A stretch of 50,514 nucleotides of DNA from a virus (lineage: Duplodnaviria > Heunggongvirae > Uroviricota > Caudoviricetes). Positions 1 through 8,734 of this stretch are shown here, in pieces. Made by a program: the position numbers and the translations under genes. Position 1 is the first letter of the stretch, and each line of letters starts with the position of its first letter. The notes under the pieces were generated by a model. The model was not told the DNA's origin. It saw only the letters and a list, made by a program, of their open reading frames with translations, and made no database searches. The stretch is taken from the IMG/VR virus record IMGVR_UViG_3300037088_000797, positions 128,001 through 178,514 of that record. One strand, 5' to 3'.

Positions 1-234
1 TGCTGGATTAGTATAAGTTGTAGCATCATTAAGATAGTATATGCCATTATTAACACCATCGTTGCCAACAGCAACAATAGCACCATTAAATAACCAAACA
101 CTACCGTCAACCGTCCACGTTACGGGATTAATTAAATCAGCTTTTGTGTCAACCAATTGACGTGCATCTAAAGGTAAAACTTTTAATACCTCAAGATTTG
201 CCGAATATGTAAATGTACCTTGTGTTCTTGACAT
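1..234 (-). CDS. Partial (3'-truncated by window edge) virion/tail-fibre-associated protein, MSRTQGTFTYSANLEVLKVLPLDARQ...
   Basis: ATG at 232-234, open to the window edge. N-terminal PLDAR motif resembles the PVDAK motif of the neighbouring 610 aa protein. Not in the supplied ORF track. Confidence 0.6.
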   Translation of the reverse strand, partial: MSRTQGTFTYSANLEVLKVLPLDARQLVDTKADLINPVTWTVDGSVWLFNGAIVAVGNDGVNNGIYYLNDATTYTNPA

Positions 235-246
235 ATGTTAATCTTT

Positions 247-2079
247 TTAAAAATCTAATTTTATTCTTGTTGCGCCTCTTAATGCACCATTATAACTATA
301 TAATTTATAAGTAATTGGATTCGTTTGTATTGTTTCTGATGATGGTGTTTGAGTCCAAAATGTTTTTGAAACTACAGCACCTGCACTACCCTCATATTTC
401 CATTGACTTGAATTAGTATCCCATGTTTGAACACCACTTAATGCATTCCATATTGATGGTATTTCAAATTTTTGTTTATTACCAACTGTTTCACCACATA
501 AATCAATTACAACCGATGGTGGACTTACCATTGACACCAATGGCAACTTACTTAATGTAGTAATATTTACACATGTTGCAAACAATGGATAAACACCCTC
601 AATTGAACGAGATATTGCTCCTGTTGTACCAGCACCTAACGGAGTTAAATTAGTACCTTTACTGTTTTTAGGTGCTACTCCTGTTGAATATGAAACAGAA
701 CCAGTCCAACTTTTAACACCCTGAACAATAGTATAAGCACCACTTATTATTTGTGAATTACTTAATGAAGTTGAAGGCACAGAAGGTGTAATTAAATCAC
801 CACTATAATTATATGTTGCGGGTAATCCAGCATATACAGCAGGACCGCCACAATATACAGGTGATATCGAACCCTGATTAAAAGTTGCATTTGCATTTAA
901 TGCACCAATTGGACAAGCAATTTCATATAATCCAGTTGATGTAATAGTAAATGAATTAAAAGGTGGATTACATGTAGGATTTAATGCAGGTACAAGTAAT
1001 TCTTCAAATAATTGAAAACTTGTTTTACCAGTTAATTGATCACCAGCATTAATACCACCTACTGTTATTGCAGCAGGTGTACTGAGATTATATGTACCGC
1101 CACCAGTACCGCCTGTACCGCCAGTTACACTAACAGAATGTATTACAATGGTATTACCGACCTGAGTAACCTGAGTATCACCACTACCAATAATTGTCCT
1201 AAATTGAAGCGTATTATTTGTAGTACCACTGTAAACACCAGCACCTGTACCGATATTTGCACCATGTACTGTTGCACCAGATACGTAAACAAATGCTTCA
1301 TCATAACTTACACTAATTATATTTGGTGTTTTTGTCTGAAGTGTTCTGAATTCTAAAAGTTTTCCTGCTTTTCCAGCAAAAACAGGTGCACCAACTGTCA
1401 TTGTTATACCTGTTGTTAAACTACCTGCAATAATATCAAAAGTTACATTTGAACCATTATTAGGGTTAGTACCACTTATCCAAGAAGTTTGTGTATATGA
1501 TATTGCTGGTGGATAATATATTACACCGTTTACAAATACTCCGAGATTATTTTGAACATTACTATCTATTAAAATCCAGCCAAGCATATTTGAACTACCA
1601 GTAAATTCATTCCATATCCATGATTTAACAGGTGCAACAGTTTTGATATATGCTCTTTTTGGTATACCATCACTTGGTGTACCAGCATATATTATACCAT
1701 CTGTACCTCTATAATACCAACCATATGTTGAATAATAATTACCATTACTATAATCAGTTGGATTAAGTGCGTAGTCTAATGGTAATGTTTGTACACCAGT
1801 AAAACCACTGAAAAATCCAAGATTTGTACCACCTGTTACAAAATCACCACTTGGAATTGTGCTATCATATTTCTTTTGAATTGGAGAACTTGTTACACCT
1901 GTATACCAATATTCAACACCCATTATATTAACAGTTAAACCAACGTGTCTTTCAGGTATAGTTATTGCAGCATTTACTGCAGCAACTGAAGTGTATGCGG
2001 TATTTCCACTGCTTAAATATTTTGCATCAACAGGTTTACCTGCATTTACTCTAATATTATCATTTATAATTATTGCCAT
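247..2079 (-). CDS. Virion structural / tail fibre-like protein (Gly/Thr/Ser-rich)
   Basis: 610 aa ORF with fibre-type segments (NIGTGAGVYSGTTNNTLQFRTIIG). C-terminal half is paralogous to 2091..3266. Confidence 0.6.
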   Translation of the reverse strand: MAIIINDNIRVNAGKPVDAKYLSSGNTAYTSVAAVNAAITIPERHVGLTVNIMGVEYWYTGVTSSPIQKKYDSTIPSGDFVTGGTNLGFFSGFTGVQTLPLDYALNPTDYSNGNYYSTYGWYYRGTDGIIYAGTPSDGIPKRAYIKTVAPVKSWIWNEFTGSSNMLGWILIDSNVQNNLGVFVNGVIYYPPAISYTQTSWISGTNPNNGSNVTFDIIAGSLTTGITMTVGAPVFAGKAGKLLEFRTLQTKTPNIISVSYDEAFVYVSGATVHGANIGTGAGVYSGTTNNTLQFRTIIGSGDTQVTQVGNTIVIHSVSVTGGTGGTGGGTYNLSTPAAITVGGINAGDQLTGKTSFQLFEELLVPALNPTCNPPFNSFTITSTGLYEIACPIGALNANATFNQGSISPVYCGGPAVYAGLPATYNYSGDLITPSVPSTSLSNSQIISGAYTIVQGVKSWTGSVSYSTGVAPKNSKGTNLTPLGAGTTGAISRSIEGVYPLFATCVNITTLSKLPLVSMVSPPSVVIDLCGETVGNKQKFEIPSIWNALSGVQTWDTNSSQWKYEGSAGAVVSKTFWTQTPSSETIQTNPITYKLYSYNGALRGATRIKLDF

Positions 2080-2090
2080 ATTTTAAAATT

Positions 2091-3266
2091 TTAACTATTT
2101 GTTAATGCTATTGGGTTTATTGCTTTTGTTTGATAATTACTTATATATACTTTATAAGTTTGACTACTCCAACATATTGTTGATATTGAACTTACGTTAT
2201 TAAAATCAGGAAATAAATTACCACCTGCACTTGGTGGTGAACCACCTATGTTACCATTATTAACTATAACCACAGTGTCTGCCCATTTAACTTTTGATGC
2301 GCTGGCTGTAGGAATTGCAAACCATATATAATCATCTGGTGTACTATTCCAATTAATAGTAATTGTGCCAGTACTGTCAAAAGGTATATAACCAGTAGCT
2401 TTACTTAAATCCAATGCAATAATACAACTACAAATGGTTGTGGGTGTTGGTCTATTACTGCCAGCAGGTGCGCCACCACTTGCAATTTTTCCATAAAAAT
2501 ATGGATATACACCACAAATTGCACATGCATTTGGTGGAATTGGGGTTGTACCTGCAGGTAATGGTGTTGAATAAGCACCACCTGAACTGTCTTTAGGTTG
2601 AAGACCTGCAGCATATGAAACACTACCATATGCATATCTTACTCCTGCAGCAACAGTATATGGAGGCATTGGATACGAACAATTTAAACTTGTACCTAAA
2701 CAACTACATGTAACACCATTAAAATCAACATAATTGTGTGCTGCAGGTAAACCGCTACGAACTGAAGGACCACCACAATACACTGGAGATATTAAACCTC
2801 TATTAAACATGGTACAACCAACAGCATTGACAACACAACCCACTTCATAAGAACTTGATAATGATGAAATAGTAAATATACTTGAAGGTGATGTTAAAAC
2901 TGGATTTAATGTAGGAACTAACAATTCTTCAATAATGTATGATAATTTACACCCCGATAATGGACTACCAGCACTAATACCACCTAATGTAATTGCTGCT
3001 GGTGATTTACATGTCATAGGATATATCGGGTCACCACCAGCACCTGATGGTAATAATTTAATATTGCCAACACCATCATATGTAAGTACATCACCAACAT
3101 GTGATGCTGCTTGATCAGCAGTAATTACTACTTTACCACCAGCACCATCAGACAAAGTTAAACCACTTGTTGTTAGAATTTGAGTTTGACCAGATAATGT
3201 CAATTCACTACCAACTAATTGCTTAAATTGCTCATTTGAAAGGTCAGGTCTTGCGAAAAATGCCAT
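2091..3266 (-). CDS. Virion structural protein, paralog of the C-terminal half of 247..2079
   Basis: Shared block PAAIT(V/L)GGI.AG..L.G......EELLVP.LNP and ISPVYCGGP.V..GLPA. Confidence 0.6.
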   Translation of the reverse strand: MAFFARPDLSNEQFKQLVGSELTLSGQTQILTTSGLTLSDGAGGKVVITADQAASHVGDVLTYDGVGNIKLLPSGAGGDPIYPMTCKSPAAITLGGISAGSPLSGCKLSYIIEELLVPTLNPVLTSPSSIFTISSLSSSYEVGCVVNAVGCTMFNRGLISPVYCGGPSVRSGLPAAHNYVDFNGVTCSCLGTSLNCSYPMPPYTVAAGVRYAYGSVSYAAGLQPKDSSGGAYSTPLPAGTTPIPPNACAICGVYPYFYGKIASGGAPAGSNRPTPTTICSCIIALDLSKATGYIPFDSTGTITINWNSTPDDYIWFAIPTASASKVKWADTVVIVNNGNIGGSPPSAGGNLFPDFNNVSSISTICWSSQTYKVYISNYQTKAINPIALTNS

Positions 3267-3272
3267 ATGTTT

Positions 3273-3986
3273 TTATTTAAAAATATTAATATTATTTTTC
3301 AATACTTCTGAGAGATTTTTTCTTTCAGTGTATGGAATTCGTAATAAATTTAAATTATTATTTATTGCGAATTCTGTTTTAATTTTATCGTTCATTCGTC
3401 TGTAATTAAATCCTTCTTTTCCTCCCCAATATTCAACTTCTCTATAGTGCTGTTCGCCATCACATTCAATTAAAATCTTTTCATTAGGAAGATAAAAATC
3501 ATATTTTAATAATGATACATTTTTGCAACCAGAAAATGTTTTTTGTATTTCATAATGTATATTATTTTCTGTAAGCCAATTTGAAATTATTATTTCATCT
3601 TTTGATCTAATCTTACACACAGGACAGTTGCAACCAGCTAAATGTCTGTTTGGTGTTTGCTCAAATACACCATGTTCAGGACATATTATTTTTATATTCA
3701 CCTTATTGTTAATATAGTTTACAAGACTATAATCATATTTTTTACCATGAATTTTTTTTGCTTTTTCAATAAATTCTTCTTTTAATGGTTTATGTTTTTC
3801 ACTACATTTTGAACATCCACGATTACTTAAATGACTATTAGGAATTTGCATAAAAATACCATGTTCTGGACAAACAATTTTTATTTTAGTTTGAGCAGAA
3901 ATATAATTAACTTTAGAGTAATCATATTTATTTCCATGAATTTTTATTGCTCTTTCAATAAATTCTATAGTTGTCAATTTTTTCAT
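3273..3986 (-). CDS. Putative homing endonuclease: two Zn-binding CPEHG repeats (DUF723-like) plus C-terminal Vsr/DUF559-like nuclease
   Basis: Repeats HG.KYDYS.VNY......I.CPEHG.F.Q.PN.HL...C..C. C-terminal YDFYLP..KILIECDGEQH and LLRIPY. Confidence 0.8.
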   Translation of the reverse strand: MKKLTTIEFIERAIKIHGNKYDYSKVNYISAQTKIKIVCPEHGIFMQIPNSHLSNRGCSKCSEKHKPLKEEFIEKAKKIHGKKYDYSLVNYINNKVNIKIICPEHGVFEQTPNRHLAGCNCPVCKIRSKDEIIISNWLTENNIHYEIQKTFSGCKNVSLLKYDFYLPNEKILIECDGEQHYREVEYWGGKEGFNYRRMNDKIKTEFAINNNLNLLRIPYTERKNLSEVLKNNINIFK

Positions 3987-4099
3987 AATCTCTGTAAGTA
4001 TATGACCGTACCCTTAATTACCAATTTCAAACATTTCTGTTTGAATTTATTTAATATAAATACAGAACAAACCCATTAAGTTTATGGATAACGATAAAA

Positions 4100-4136
4100 T
4101 AAAAAAACCCCGTAAGAATATTTTCCTACGGGGTTT
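4100..4136 (-). terminator. Intrinsic terminator after the ARPP gene
   Basis: AAACCCCGTA...TACGGGGTTT inverted repeat followed by a U-run on the minus strand. Confidence 0.75.
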
Positions 4137-4194
4137 GGATGTGCGTTCAATCCCAAGTGTGGGGAGAGAACCGACTGCTTGCCAAGCTATTTTC

Positions 4195-5289
4195 TTATAA
4201 GCTAAAACTTTTCTGTTTACGAGCCTTATTTCTAAGTTCGTTTACTTCCCTAAGTGCATTAGGGTTGAATCTTTCCCTTTTGATGATTGACACCAAGTGA
4301 TTAAATTCATTTTCAGTAAGAACCTGTCCGATGTAACCTTCAGCCTTAAGTAAGTAACTTTTTGGAGCACGTATTGTTGTAGACTGACCTTCTGTATCAA
4401 GAGTTGCATCAAAAGTGAGTTCAAGAACTTCTTGAATCCTGTCATATACATTTGCTGTCATTCTTTCTTTTGTCTTTTTCAAAGACTTTTCAAGCAAGTC
4501 AACAACACTTGTACGATTGCTTTTCTTAAGTTCTTCATATGTTTGAGAAAACTCATTCACTGCAGTCTTATGCTGTAATTCACTAATAATTGCAAGTGAA
4601 CCATAGCAGTCCCTGATCATCAAATCCCATACCTGTTCAGCGTATGTAAATGAAGGGAATTTGTCTATTGCAACAATTTCACCGTCAATCAACACAATGA
4701 TACCAATAAGATTCTTTGGACGTTCAAAGTGTGCAATGAACTGATCAAGTTTCTTGTCGTACTTGTCGAAGTATACGTTCAAATAGTTACCTGCACCAGA
4801 ATTGGTATCTCTACCTAATTTTTCAATTGCAGGATAAATCCTTGAATATCCGTTTGCCTTTCCAACTGAATCGAAAAGCATTTCACGCATACTTACTGGA
4901 ATCATACGAAACTCCTGTGTACCACGGAAGTATCCACCCTGACTACCCTGTACGCAACCTGCATCATGGTAAGTTACATTAGCCTTTGAAGGCACATAAC
5001 CAGCCTTGATCATACCGTGATTCTGAGCAACCTGCTTAGTAATAACAGCCATCTGAGTAGGAAGAATAACATCTTTCTTCTCATTGTTTGTAAAACTGAT
5101 CTGACCATACTGTGAGTTACTTGAGGTAAGTGAAGTCAATGGATTCGCAAAGCGATCATCCATAGAATTCTCCTTGTCAGTTGTCAAACATACGATTTGC
5201 ATGTTCATAATTGACTGTACCACGATGTTTCCATCCTTGTCTTTGACAGGACGGCAACCTTTTAACATTTCTGTAAGTTCTCTTTCCAT
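4195..5289 (-). CDS. ARPP-family (DUF6569/ARPP-1/2-like) protein
   Basis: 364 aa. Pattern N...K.V.LP....V..KQ..Q.H.......VP.......AGCV..SQGG and later IGIIVLIDGEIVAIDKFPS resemble ARPP domains. Starts 11 nt after the TROVE-like gene. Confidence 0.55.
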   Translation of the reverse strand: MERELTEMLKGCRPVKDKDGNIVVQSIMNMQIVCLTTDKENSMDDRFANPLTSLTSSNSQYGQISFTNNEKKDVILPTQMAVITKQVAQNHGMIKAGYVPSKANVTYHDAGCVQGSQGGYFRGTQEFRMIPVSMREMLFDSVGKANGYSRIYPAIEKLGRDTNSGAGNYLNVYFDKYDKKLDQFIAHFERPKNLIGIIVLIDGEIVAIDKFPSFTYAEQVWDLMIRDCYGSLAIISELQHKTAVNEFSQTYEELKKSNRTSVVDLLEKSLKKTKERMTANVYDRIQEVLELTFDATLDTEGQSTTIRAPKSYLLKAEGYIGQVLTENEFNHLVSIIKRERFNPNALREVNELRNKARKQKSFSL

Positions 5290-5300
5290 TGTATGATATA

Positions 5301-6962
5301 TTAAGCGTTAATAGTAATTTTTTTTGTTCTCTTAACAGGAGCAGCTTCAAGAGCATGAACCTGATTTTCAAGCCACCTTTTGGTGTCAATTTCAAGCAAT
5401 CTTGCATTGATCTGTGTCTGAATTGCAACAGGATTGTTAATCGCCATTGTAACCACTCCAGCACCTAATGCCCTTACATTGCCACCTATTTCAGCACCAG
5501 TGATTGGTGAAATCTGGAAGATAGGTGTTACACTACCAGATTCTGCTTTCCAGATTTGAATAACTTCGTTAGTCATACCATCGTAAGCATTTTCGTAACC
5601 ATCAGTTATGATGAAAATTGCATCATATGGTTTTGCAGGACGTTCTTCTTTTAAAAGTTCAATGAATGAACTTGCAAGATCACTTGCAAAACCTTTAGTA
5701 TCTACTCTATTAGATTCAGTTGCCGAAGCCATAAGAACCAATGAAGTAAAATCAGCAATTGCCCTTGGAGTATTCTTTGACTCTAATTTGTGACCAGTCA
5801 TCGACACACTGTCGTCAACTACAATACCAATATTCTGGTAGAAGAAGTTATTAATTTTCTTCTTTAAAGCAAGATTTACAATTGCAGACCTGATTTCGTC
5901 AGTGAAACTTGTTTCGTAACCAGTCTTGTAAAGTGCCATGAAGTCAGTTGCCTTTTCAAGTTCAACGTGTTTTTCAACGCCTAACTTTGCAGTTGATTTT
6001 GTCTGACGTACTTGCTGGTTTACAGAAGTAACAGCAACTGTTGATCTGATAAGTGCTTTTGTAGCTTCTTTCTGAAGATCAGTTGACCACATTGAATGAT
6101 ACTGTGGGTGCTTTACAGATGAAATTAAGCCAAGCAAAACTTCTTCTGGAACACTCTTAATACTTCTGATATCAACCTTTGCTTTCTGGTATTCAGCTAA
6201 AAGTGGAAATTCAGTTTCATTATAAGTAACACCGTCATCCTTTTTAAATAAAAACAATAACAATTTCAATGCTTTTAATGTTTCACCATTGAAATATCTT
6301 GTGATACATTCGTTGACAATCTTAGTTTCTTTTTCAGTTGCAACTAAGTTAGCACCTTCAAATGGTACGCCTCTCCAAAAATCAGCAGTAACTTGTTTCT
6401 GTGCAATTGAAATTAGAATAGAAGTTTTCTTCTGACCATATACGTGTTTCAAAATCTGTGCTATCTTGTTACGGTACTTCATAGCATAGAATTCAATGTT
6501 TGGCTGACCCCAAAGGAAACCAAGTATAATTTTTCTTGATCTTTCGTTATTGATTTTCTGATTCTTCATATCAACGAAAAGACGAAGAGCATATGGAAGA
6601 CCATTATCATTGACAAGGTTATTTAATGCACTAAGCACTGCCTTATCACTGATACCGTTATCATACCAGTCAATTGGGTTCACAATATTACATGCTCCGC
6701 CCTTTAATGTCTGCTTAAATTCATTAAGCAACACTTCTGAAACGAATTGACCAGTAGCACCCTTTTGAGCAGCTATGATCAATGGAAGTTCCTTTGAAAG
6801 TTTGTACAACTTGTCAATCTGACCATGTATAGCTTTCATCTGTTCGTCTCTTGAATGGTAGTAAGTTGCTGAACTTTTGCTACCTGAAGAGATAGTCAAG
6901 CCATCAATTAATGACTGCTTAACTGCTGGGAGTGTCTTCTGTGTTAATACTAAGTTTTCCAT
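5301..6962 (-). CDS. Divergent TROVE/Ro60-like protein with C-terminal VWA (MIDAS) domain
   Basis: 553 aa (Ro60-sized). N-terminal GSKSSATYY resembles the Ro60 GSEGGTYY motif, followed by a helical middle, then VWA motifs IVVDDSVSM (DxSxS) and IFIITDGYEN. Adjacent to tRNA-like ncRNAs. Confidence 0.65.
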   Translation of the reverse strand: MENLVLTQKTLPAVKQSLIDGLTISSGSKSSATYYHSRDEQMKAIHGQIDKLYKLSKELPLIIAAQKGATGQFVSEVLLNEFKQTLKGGACNIVNPIDWYDNGISDKAVLSALNNLVNDNGLPYALRLFVDMKNQKINNERSRKIILGFLWGQPNIEFYAMKYRNKIAQILKHVYGQKKTSILISIAQKQVTADFWRGVPFEGANLVATEKETKIVNECITRYFNGETLKALKLLLFLFKKDDGVTYNETEFPLLAEYQKAKVDIRSIKSVPEEVLLGLISSVKHPQYHSMWSTDLQKEATKALIRSTVAVTSVNQQVRQTKSTAKLGVEKHVELEKATDFMALYKTGYETSFTDEIRSAIVNLALKKKINNFFYQNIGIVVDDSVSMTGHKLESKNTPRAIADFTSLVLMASATESNRVDTKGFASDLASSFIELLKEERPAKPYDAIFIITDGYENAYDGMTNEVIQIWKAESGSVTPIFQISPITGAEIGGNVRALGAGVVTMAINNPVAIQTQINARLLEIDTKRWLENQVHALEAAPVKRTKKITINA

Positions 6963-6982
6963 ATTATAATTATTAATATATA

Positions 6983-7873
6983 TTAATTAAGTCTCTTCTG
7001 TTGTTTTTTTTCAATATCTATTTTAAATTCTCTCATTTGAGTCCGATAACCTTCGATTTCTGTTTGTGGCGTTTTACGATTTCCACATGCAAACATATGA
7101 TTAATAAATGCAACTAATGTTAATTCAACTCTATCCAAACGATCATTTTCAATTTTTTCTGATAAAAAAGTCCGATTATCATATTTTAACGGTACTGGAC
7201 TTACCGAATTGTTTCGATTGAACAATTGTAGTACTATTGGTAATCCTTTAGCATCTGTTACTTTTATTCGTTTTGCCGAATAATACTTAGGATTATATTG
7301 TTCAATTTGAAAAAATCCCTGATTAATCCATTTCTGGTATGGTTGATTGTTCGGTTTGAAATATCGGTATTCACGTAACTTCTGATTTATTTGATGACTA
7401 CTGATTTTTTTCTTTTCTTCATTTTTCTCATTCAATAATTTTGCAACTTCTGCAATTGTAAGTGTACCATTTGAAAGAACTAAAATTGGTTCGGCTGCTT
7501 TAAGTCTCAATTCTTTATATTCTTTTTCAACTTTAATAAAGTATTGCCTGATTTCTTTGCCCTTAACACTGTTTTGCACCATTGCAATTTCTTTCGCAGT
7601 ATCTAAGGTCAAAGCGTATTCAATTCGATACACACTGTTCGCAAACCCCCGTTCTTCCATGCCCCCTTTTTGTGGAGTTGGAATTTTCTTACTGTTTTTG
7701 TCGTAAAATAATAATGCAAAATCTTGGTTTTCGATAAATTCCCATTTTTCAATTTTATCTTTAATCCAAGTAGAAAAATCCTGACCAACCTCAAGAAATT
7801 TATATAAATCTCTTGCACTTACAACTGGATTTCCAGTTTTGGGACTTGCTGTAACTTTTATTAATTCTTCCAT
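6983..7873 (-). CDS. Phage antirepressor (AntA/AntB N-domain + KilAC/ANT-like C-domain)
   Basis: VSARDLYKFLEVGQDFSTWIK...EYALTLDTAKEIAM...GKEIRQYFI, then TIAEVAKLL...NQPYQKWINQGFF. Likely start is the ATG at 7871-7873, because the TTG at 7901-7903 lies inside a promoter -7 box. Confidence 0.85.
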   Translation of the reverse strand: MEELIKVTASPKTGNPVVSARDLYKFLEVGQDFSTWIKDKIEKWEFIENQDFALLFYDKNSKKIPTPQKGGMEERGFANSVYRIEYALTLDTAKEIAMVQNSVKGKEIRQYFIKVEKEYKELRLKAAEPILVLSNGTLTIAEVAKLLNEKNEEKKKISSHQINQKLREYRYFKPNNQPYQKWINQGFFQIEQYNPKYYSAKRIKVTDAKGLPIVLQLFNRNNSVSPVPLKYDNRTFLSEKIENDRLDRVELTLVAFINHMFACGNRKTPQTEIEGYRTQMREFKIDIEKKQQKRLN

Positions 7874-7900
7874 AATATTACTCTTAGATTTATTAGAGTT

Positions 7901-7930
7901 CAAATATACAAAACATTTTTATTAAAACAA
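7901..7930 (-). promoter_or_regulatory. Bacteroidota-type sigma70 promoter for the antirepressor (and possibly TROVE-ARPP) genes
   Basis: TTG-N19-TATATTTG on the minus strand. Confidence 0.6.
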
Positions 7931-7971
7931 TGATTATACGTATTAAAAATTAAAAAGTTACAAAAAAGAAC

Positions 7972-8020
7972 AAAAAAAATGGGTGAGTCAACACGTTTCC
8001 ATGTCAAGTCCCCACCCATT
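7972..8020 (-). terminator. Terminator closing the ncRNA operon
   Basis: AATGGGTG...CACCCATT stem followed by TTTTTTG on the minus strand. Confidence 0.65.
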
Positions 8021-8053
8021 GTCTTAAGAAAAACAAATCTTCTCTATTAAAGG

Positions 8054-8147
8054 AGAAGAAGTTTAGTTGTAATTTGGTAAGTTTGTCCCGCCTCTCAACG
8101 GACGGGATTACATGTTTCAATCTACTGTATTCACAACAAGTTCTTCT
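8054..8147 (-). ncRNA. Y-RNA-like unit A
   Basis: Closing stems AGAAGAA/TTCTTCT and GTTGT/ACAAC, motif AATACAGTAG, internal GC hairpin TCCCGTC/GGCGGGA. Confidence 0.55.
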
Positions 8148-8239
8148 TTAAATCTTTATTTTTGAAAAAACTCAGCACTTCTGCTGATAAAAACCATTCT
8201 TAACCTTGCACGTTGCAACATGCGTCAAATGTTAGGTTC

Positions 8240-8280
8240 AAGTGGGTTGGACTCAAATTATTGTATCCGTAACTCCACTT
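8240..8280 (-). ncRNA. Possible minimal Y-RNA-like unit A' (41 nt)
   Basis: AAGTGG-AGTTAC-GGA TACAATAA TTTGAG TCC-AAC-CCACTT: a bulged stem with a degenerate TACA(G>A)TAA motif. Confidence 0.35.
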
Positions 8281-8289
8281 TAAAACTTG

Positions 8290-8427
8290 GGGAATATTTT
8301 AAAGATATTTGTTGAATTTGTTTTGAAAGTTTAACCGACTTTTGACTTAACCGCTTGTCTAATCTCGCCATTGGCGAAATGATGGATTCGAACCACCGAA
8401 ATTGCTGTAAACATCTTTCGTTTTCCC
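8290..8427 (-). ncRNA. YrlA-like unit B containing a circularly permuted tRNA cloverleaf
   Basis: Closing stems GGGAA/TTCCC and AAAGATGTTT/AAATATCTTT, then TTACAGCAA. Cargo in order: T-arm GGTGG-TTCGAAT-CCATC, loop-closed acceptor ATTTCGCC-AAT-GGCGAGAT, D-arm TA-GAC-AAGCGGTTAA-GTC, anticodon-like arm AAAGT-CGGTTAA-ACTTT. Confidence 0.75.
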
Positions 8428-8433
8428 TTTGTA

Positions 8434-8446
8434 TTTTTAAAGAACG
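8434..8446 (-). promoter_or_regulatory. boxA-like antitermination element
   Basis: CGTTCTTTAAAAA, identical to the copy at 9547-9559. Confidence 0.55.
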
Positions 8447-8501
8447 TTACCCTGAAGTTTGTGTCGCCACAGGGACGACAGGGAATTAGTTTTATAAGTT
8501 T

Positions 8502-8581
8502 TGAAGAAATTCGTTGGTCTTGTTTTAGTTTTACTCTGATTTCAAGTCAAATTGTTTACTGTAAAAACCATCAGTTCTTCA
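8502..8581 (-). ncRNA. Y-RNA-like unit C carrying an anticodon stem-loop (TGA, Ser-like)
   Basis: TGAAGAA/TTCTTCA, internal loop CTGA/ACGAAT, TGGT/ACCA, TTACAGTAA. Cargo TTTGA-CTTGAAA-TCAGA. Confidence 0.6.
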
Positions 8582-8662
8582 TTATTTCTCGAAATCTATT
8601 GGCGCAGTCTTCTTGTGACTTACTTTCAACGGTGTGTGTGCCGTGACCTTTAAATTTCATTG

Positions 8663-8734
8663 TAGCGGGAGATAGATTTGAACTACCGACCTTAACGTTA
8701 TGAGCGTCACGAGCTACCACTGCTCTATCCCGCA
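8663..8734 (-). tRNA. tRNA-Met(CAT), initiator (fMet)-type body with a non-canonical anticodon stem
   Basis: TGCGGGA TA GAGC AGTGGTA GCTC G TGACG CTCATAA CGTTA AGGTC GGTAG TTCAAAT CTATC TCCCGCT A. U1:U72 mismatch and A11:U24 are initiator hallmarks. No complete encoded CCA. Confidence 0.9.

Noticed and set aside
247-3266. Diversity-generating retroelement TR/VR pair in the fibre paralogs
   Set aside because: Similarity is at protein level with general divergence rather than adenine-specific changes, and no reverse transcriptase is in the window.
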